Part shown: positions 58,437 through 64,000 of the stretch, piece by piece
Numbering within the stretch: position 1 is the first letter of the stretch
Layout of the letters: the number at the start of each line of letters is the position of its first letter
NCBI GenBank assembly: GCA_963803145.1
Contig: CAWDLW010000023.1
Coordinates: 96,001 to 160,000 of the forward strand
Reading direction: 5' to 3'
DNA: 64,000 nt
Source of the DNA: Methanotrichaceae archaeon
GTDB taxonomy: Archaea; Halobacteriota; Methanosarcinia; Methanotrichales; Methanotrichaceae
Translations under genes and position numbers: made by a program
Notes under the pieces: model-generated
What the model was told of the DNA's origin: nothing
Databases searched by the model: none
Seen by the model: the letters and a program-made list of their open reading frames with translations, nothing else

Positions 58437-58941
58437 TTTAGTAGAGGTACGTGTAACTTGTGAGTTCTCCAACGACTTCTTTTCGATATTTGCCACATAT
58501 CCTGCCATAGAGATCCTCCTGTAGAGATACAACTGTGCTCTCATCACATGGGAGCGTATCTAAAAATTTTCCATAGAATGAAAGGGAGTAGAGCCTTCGA
58601 ACCTGAAGGGGGGAATGATCGATCGAGGCTCTCTATAAGCTAACAGGATTTTATCATATTTAAATTTAATTAATTGTGTGGCGGCCCAATTAAACGCTAG
58701 GAATAGTCATCATAGTAATATCCATGAACAGAATTATTGATAGTAATCTTATGATTAGTATCCCAGCTCCTTTATGGCAACCAGGCAACATTTCAGTTGA
58801 TTATCAGTAAATCCCTATAAAGTCACAGGTATGAGAGCACCACATATAGGATCTCACCTCCAGAATTTTGGGCAAAATAAGTGCGCGCACAGGGCGAAAG
58901 TAATAAAGGAAGCAATAGAGAAGATGTGATAGAGTGCTTGT

Positions 58942-59997
58942 ATGCGGATAATTCTGCATGTCGACCTTGATGCCTTCTATCCCTCCGTAGAAGTTCGGGA
59001 ACATCCAGAGTTAAAGGGTAAACGTGTAGTAGTCGGAGCAGATCCAAAAGGAGGAACCGGAAGGGGTGTTGTGAGCAGCGCCTCTTATGAGGCCAGGAAA
59101 TTTGGCATCAGATCAGCCATGCCTATATCTAAAGCCTGGAGGCTATGCCCGGATTGCGTTTATCTTAGACCCCACTTTGACCTCTATGTTCCTGCATCCA
59201 ATGCGGTAATGGCGATTTTAAAGAGCCATGGCGATAAGTTTGAACAGGGTGGTATAGATGAAGCGTACCTCGACATATCCGGCAAGGTGAAGGATTTCGA
59301 TGAAGCCGGAGAATTTGCAAAAGGCCTGATGGAAGAGGTACTTGAAAGGGAAAGACTGACCTGTTCGATTGGCGTTGGGCCTAACAAGCTGGTTGCTAAG
59401 ATCTCCTCTGATTACAAGAAACCTTACGGACTGACTGTAGTTAAGCCCGAAGAAGTCAGGGACTTTCTATTCCCCATGAAAGTAGGAAAGATCCCGGGCG
59501 TTGGCAAAAAGACTGAGCAAGCATTGAATGAATTAAATATCGAAACCATACGTGATCTTGCTTCATTAACGCCTGATAAGCTGACAAGACTCTTCGGTGT
59601 ATGGGGCAAAAGGCTTCACGATGCCGCCAATGGGATCGATAACATTGAAGTCATAGAGGAATATGAAACAAAATCCATTGGAAGAGATATCACCTTTGAG
59701 AGTGACCTGAGTGACGAAGCCCAAATATTCCAGGTCCTGGATGAACTGGCAAAAGAGGTCCATACCGATGTGATCGCTAATAACTTCAAGTTCAAAACAA
59801 TTACCGTTAGAGCCAGGTATGAGGATTTTGACACGCATACCCGCTCTAAATCCCTTGTATTTCCCACGAATGGTTTAGATATCCTCAAGAACAATGCCAA
59901 GCGACTAATTGCTCCATTTCTTCGGGGAAACAAGAAATTGAGATTGGTTGGTGTCAGGGTATCAACTCTCAGCAAAGGAAATCCAGTTTCAAATTGA
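58942..59997 (+). CDS. dinB: DNA polymerase IV (Y family)
   Basis: HVDLDAFY, SYEAR, IDEAYLD, NKLVAK. Confidence 0.96.
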   Translation: MRIILHVDLDAFYPSVEVREHPELKGKRVVVGADPKGGTGRGVVSSASYEARKFGIRSAMPISKAWRLCPDCVYLRPHFDLYVPASNAVMAILKSHGDKFEQGGIDEAYLDISGKVKDFDEAGEFAKGLMEEVLERERLTCSIGVGPNKLVAKISSDYKKPYGLTVVKPEEVRDFLFPMKVGKIPGVGKKTEQALNELNIETIRDLASLTPDKLTRLFGVWGKRLHDAANGIDNIEVIEEYETKSIGRDITFESDLSDEAQIFQVLDELAKEVHTDVIANNFKFKTITVRARYEDFDTHTRSKSLVFPTNGLDILKNNAKRLIAPFLRGNKKLRLVGVRVSTLSKGNPVSN

Positions 59998-60107
59998 ATT
60001 GGCTATTATGGGTTGGAAAAGTCTTCTTTTGCTCGTAACATTATGGGATGTCAAAAAAGAGGGATTGTGCGTTTAATGCAAGATTATAATGCTTCTCTGG
60101 ATTATCT

Positions 60108-60248
60108 ATCGAGAGTTCTCTTAAGAAGTTAGAAGCCACTGATGCTACGGTTCATATGGATGTCAAGAATGTTGGAGGCGGCTTATTGGTGGCTCAGGTT
60201 GAAGATGCTGATGGCAACATTTTAGGTCTGAGGCAGCAATCGAAATAG
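60108..60248 (+). pseudogene. C-terminal relic of a glyoxalase/VOC protein
   Basis: DVKNVGGGLLVAQVEDADGNILGLRQ* with no start codon in frame. Confidence 0.65.
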
Positions 60249-60428
60249 AGTCTAAGATTGTTCACGGATGTAAGCCAAGAAAGACGCAGATTCTCATGAA
60301 GGCTTTCATACGCCTAACACAGTAAAGGAGAATCCTATTGAGTTTGGATGGAAAGATTTGAAAAGAGATTTTTCTAAGTATTTGATCAATAGGGTCCTTG
60401 GTGAAGAAAGTTAAGAGATTAACTATAA

Positions 60429-60752
60429 TTAAGACCTAATCATAACCAGAAGCATCTTAAATTTGCTCAATGCCTTCAGCGCGTGGGTCTTATTGGCTGG
60501 CAGGATCACCATTTGACCTTGCTCCATTCTATAAGCTTGACCGGCTATTGTTACCTCTGCTTCGCCATCTAAAATGGTAATAAGTGCATCGAATGGAGCT
60601 GTATGTTCACTTAGCCCCTGACCTTTATCGAAGGCAAAGATAGTAACTGTTCCTGTGCTCTTGCGAATTATCTCCCGGCTCACGACAGAGCCATCTTGGT
60701 AGTTTACCAGATCACTAATGAACTCGACTTTGGGTACATTATCATCTGTCAT
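60429..60752 (-). CDS. Cupin domain protein
   Basis: FAFDKGQGLSEHTAP...GE...PA-x-x-x-H. Confidence 0.9.
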   Translation of the reverse strand: MTDDNVPKVEFISDLVNYQDGSVVSREIIRKSTGTVTIFAFDKGQGLSEHTAPFDALITILDGEAEVTIAGQAYRMEQGQMVILPANKTHALKALSKFKMLLVMIRS

Positions 60753-60773
60753 TCAATATCACTTCTAACAAGC

Positions 60774-61028
60774 CTATTTCTTATCCTTCAATTCTTGCCG
60801 ACCTAAATCTGAGAGATATACTCTTGAAATAGCATTCGGGAGGGTTAGACTCGAGGGATATTCACTGGTCATAAGATCAATGTAACCTGAATTCTTCAAT
60901 AGCATCAGGCGATTTCCAAGCAGTGTTGTATCCATTTTAAGAACTTCATTAACCTTGACTGGACTGATAAATGATTTTGGAGATACCTCATTAATTGCTT
61001 TGAGAATCTTCAGATCGACGTCATCCAT
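60774..61028 (-). CDS. Small winged-helix protein
   Basis: DLKIL...L-x-x-L-x-x-x-GYI...LSDLG. Confidence 0.6.
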   Translation of the reverse strand: MDDVDLKILKAINEVSPKSFISPVKVNEVLKMDTTLLGNRLMLLKNSGYIDLMTSEYPSSLTLPNAISRVYLSDLGRQELKDKK

Positions 61029-61184
61029 AATCTCACCAACCCTTACTTAGCTTTGATCGGATTTAAAATGTTAACTCGCATAATTCTTCAATCAGAAAGA
61101 GCTGAAGAAAGTGAGCATGAATTGGCGAGGGAACTATTCCCTCAGGCCTAAAACTTGTTGATAGCAAAACTTCAACCGCGGGCA

Positions 61185-61238
61185 TCATATTTGCCAGTTA
61201 TGAGCGTCCAGAAGATAGCCCTTTAAGTTCTCGTCCAT
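61185..61238 (-). pseudogene. Truncated PIN toxin start
   Basis: MDENLKGYLLD... overlaps the antitoxin stop and ends after 17 aa. Confidence 0.45.
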
Positions 61239-61435
61239 TCATCCCTCAGAGATTTGCTCTCTTTAGCCACATCTACCTTAAAGTTTTTATATATTCCTCT
61301 ATATTTTGAGGGATCCCACTCGCTTTTTTCTTCGCGGGCCAATTTTTCTAGGTTGCTTATTTTGTTCCAGAGTTCGATAGGAACGATAACTCCTGTCCGC
61401 CTGCCTTCTTCATCATAGATGTATTGAACTTCCAT
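61223..61435 (-). CDS. Putative type II antitoxin
   Basis: QYIYDEEG-x-x-TGVIVPI; LRDEW terminus. Confidence 0.7.
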   Translation of the reverse strand: MEVQYIYDEEGRRTGVIVPIELWNKISNLEKLAREEKSEWDPSKYRGIYKNFKVDVAKESKSLRDEWTRT

Positions 61436-61516
61436 TTGATCGCCTGAAAGGATTTTGCTTCGCGGTTATGATTAAATTATATCTTCACTTTGTATAAAGC
61501 CTTATTTCGGCTTCCA

Positions 61517-61680
61517 TTACCTTGCTGAATTTCCCTCCACAATCGCAATCTCCTCCTCCGTCAGCCCATACAGCCTGTAAACGATCTCATCAATCAGCGT
61601 ATCCGTATCTTTGATGCGTCCTATCAGCGGCTGCAGCTTCCCAACAGAAGCATCGAACTCCCGCCGCAGATTTTGAATAT
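61517..61680 (-). pseudogene. C-terminal relic of a type IIG restriction-modification enzyme
   Basis: TDTLIDEIVYRLYGLTEEEIAIVEG*. Confidence 0.8.
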
Positions 61681-61859
61681 CCCTTTTCTGTATGTTGCAC
61701 CCGCCTCAGTGCTGCCATTATTATGCAATACAGGATTGTTCTATGTCATTTTTACTATTTCATAGAAAAATACCATAGAATGATTTCGGAACACTCGCCT
61801 TAGAAGTACTGCATCTTTGGGATCTGATGGGGGAATGTTCCCTTTGGAGCAGCCCGACG

Positions 61860-61990
61860 TGGACATCTCCAGTATATATTTAGAGAGCGGAACAGTCCTA
61901 CTCCTTTGCATAGTTTTGCCAATTCTCACGATCTTGAGGGGTTTTGAAGTAAATAGTATACTCTCGGCCCTTGACCTCTTTGGGCGGCAT
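61860..61990 (-). pseudogene. Frameshifted RHH regulator relic similar to 38493-38999
   Basis: MPPKEVKGREYTIYF...W...AK / ...VPLSKYILEM. Confidence 0.55.
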
Positions 61991-62108
61991 GAGCTCTTTT
62001 TAAGCTTTTTAAGCGGTCTCATCATTTGAGCTTGCCTGCAATCGTAAGGTTAAAATATTATTACGTAACTAACTTCAGGTTATCAATAGTAGAGGTAAAT
62101 AAAAAGCC

Positions 62109-63164
62109 ATGGAAACTCTAATTCATACTTCACCGGATAAGATCACGACACCCGAGGTGGTCATCCCTCCAGAAGGAGAATTTCTGGATGCATACTCGAG
62201 AGCAGTGATCAATGCAGCAGAAAGGGTCAAACCGTCGGTTGTGAACGTTGAGGTTTACCACGGATCTGGCAGCGCCAGGCTCAACCCCCAGATGAACCGC
62301 GGGGCGAAGGGCAGCGGCTCAGGCTTCATATTCACACCGGATGGATTCATACTCACAAACAGCCATGTGGTTCACAGGGCTTCAAAGATAGAAGTGACTC
62401 TGCAGGATGGCAAAAAGCTCCAGGCAAAAGTCATCGGCGATGATCCCTACACAGATCTTGCCGTTATCAAGATCGATGCCTCAGACCTAACACCGGTCCA
62501 GTTCGGAGATTCAAAATCGATAAAGGTTGGCCAGCTGGTAATAGCCATCGGAAACCCATATGGATTCCAGTGCACAATTACGTCAGGAGTTGTGAGCGCT
62601 ATGGGCCGCACTCTCAGAACAGACTCGGGAAGGCTGGTGGATGATGTCATCCAGACAGATGCAGCCCTTAACCCAGGAAATTCTGGTGGCCCACTCATAA
62701 CGTCTCAGGGAAATGTCATCGGCGTGAACACTGCCATAATCTACCCAGCCCAAGGCATCTGCTTTGCCATACCCTCGAGCGTTGCACAATCGATTGCATC
62801 AAGGCTTATCAAGGATGGCAAGATCAGGCGCGGCTATATAGGCGTCGTCGGGCAGGATGTAACTCCTGAGAGCTATGTCGTCAAGACCTTCGGCCTGCAG
62901 TGCGATAAAGGCGTGCTCGTTGTTCGCATCGAGAAGGATGGGCCTGCAGATAAGGCCGGCCTGCTAAACGGCGATGTGATCGTGAGCCTTGATGGCAAGG
63001 CGATTACAAACGTCGATGAGCTTCACAAACATCTCACCGAGGACAAGATAAACACGAGGTCGTTGCTCGATGTGCTGAGAATGTCCGATAAGCTCAGCAT
63101 CGAGGTCATACCTGAGGAGCTGAAAGCTGAAAGCGTCTCAGAGCACCTCATCATCGAGAATTAA
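62109..63164 (+). CDS. HtrA/DegP-like serine protease with PDZ
   Basis: TNSHVV, DLAV, GNSGGPL, PDZ; no signal peptide. Confidence 0.94.
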   Translation: METLIHTSPDKITTPEVVIPPEGEFLDAYSRAVINAAERVKPSVVNVEVYHGSGSARLNPQMNRGAKGSGSGFIFTPDGFILTNSHVVHRASKIEVTLQDGKKLQAKVIGDDPYTDLAVIKIDASDLTPVQFGDSKSIKVGQLVIAIGNPYGFQCTITSGVVSAMGRTLRTDSGRLVDDVIQTDAALNPGNSGGPLITSQGNVIGVNTAIIYPAQGICFAIPSSVAQSIASRLIKDGKIRRGYIGVVGQDVTPESYVVKTFGLQCDKGVLVVRIEKDGPADKAGLLNGDVIVSLDGKAITNVDELHKHLTEDKINTRSLLDVLRMSDKLSIEVIPEELKAESVSEHLIIEN

Positions 63165-63307
63165 TTAAACATTTAGAGACATTAACCGATAAAATCTAAA
63201 TCGGTCTCCAGTGGGCTCTTACTTCAAAGAGTCCCACTTCATACTATTTTGAAACCAATTTATGAGGAAAATATTTTTGTAAGACGAATCACAAATAATT
63301 GTTGATT

Positions 63308-64000
63308 ATGACTATTATTATCAGAACCCCGGAGAGCATCTACCAGGCATACGGCAATATCGAGAACGGCACCTTCCATGGTCGCTGGCACTTCAGCTTC
63401 GGCGATAATTATGATCCAGAGCATATGAGCTTTGGAACGCTAAGAGTATTCAATGATGATACTCTGTCTCCTGGCGCAATCTGGCCGTTACATCCTCACA
63501 AGGAGATTGAAGTTGTGACCTACTGCGCAGATGGCGAGTTCAGGCACGCTGATAAGCATGGTGTGGGAGGAATCCTGAAAAAAGGATGGGTACAGCATAC
63601 AACAGTCGGCAAAGGGATGTGGCACTCAGAGATCAATAACCGCCCAGATGTTCCAATGAGGTTTATCCAAATGTGGTTCGTGCCATCAGCCAGAGGTCTT
63701 AAGCCGTCTGTAGAGCAGAGGGGGATCGAGAAATCAGAGAGGACAAACAGATTTCTGCCGCTTGTATCGAATGCCCATTCGGGAGCTCTACATATAAACT
63801 CCGATGCGAAAGTTTTCTCATGCTTTCTTCAAGGTGGAAGAGATATCGTCCATTCCATTGAGCCGGAGCATGGGAGTTATCTCTACGTGATCGAGGGCGG
63901 GCCTGCAAAAGTTAGCGACGAAGTTGTTGAAACTTTCGGTGCGGCGATGATCTCTGGCGAGTCGACGATTAATGTTAATGCAGAGAATGATGCCGAGCTC
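63308..64000 (+). CDS. Pirin family protein (runs off the window; absent from the ORF track)
   Basis: HFSF...LRVFNDD...HPH-x-x-IE...H-x-D...HSE-x-N...QMW. Confidence 0.92.
   Translation, partial: MTIIIRTPESIYQAYGNIENGTFHGRWHFSFGDNYDPEHMSFGTLRVFNDDTLSPGAIWPLHPHKEIEVVTYCADGEFRHADKHGVGGILKKGWVQHTTVGKGMWHSEINNRPDVPMRFIQMWFVPSARGLKPSVEQRGIEKSERTNRFLPLVSNAHSGALHINSDAKVFSCFLQGGRDIVHSIEPEHGSYLYVIEGGPAKVSDEVVETFGAAMISGESTINVNAENDAEL

Noticed and set aside
772-63908. Many short antisense or overlapping ORFs in the ORF track
   Set aside because: Shadows of well-supported genes, without RBS or motifs; several long ORFs were also trimmed to RBS-supported starts

Overview
The window is from a methanogenic archaeon, most likely Methanothrix/Methanotrichaceae (FmdE, CbiK, NikM/CbiM, CDC48, GGTGA/GGAGG RBSs, TATA boxes, Methanothrix-type secreted proteins). 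Bases 1 to ~39.05 kb are the right part of an integrated siphovirus-like provirus. It runs portal, prohead protease/scaffold, decoration, HK97-type capsid, neck, fibre modules, tail tube, chaperones, tape measure, two paralogous tail-hub proteins and Dit-like, then an RHH regulator and tyrosine integrase. It appears to be inserted into a small ArsR-like gene. The most striking part is the set of three predicted cysteine proteases. A C-terminally anchored papain and a secreted transglutaminase-fold protein sit with holin-like genes in a cassette that splits a fibre module and is preceded by a three-hairpin RNA. A second papain is fused to a virion structural domain. Together these are a candidate entry/egress system for a host with a protein S-layer and sheath. 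Bases 39.2-64 kb are host genes (Ni/Co uptake, redox and stress, DinB, HtrA, pirin) mixed with IS200/IS605-type miniature elements and many gene relics. All calls come from reading motifs by eye; no database search was run.
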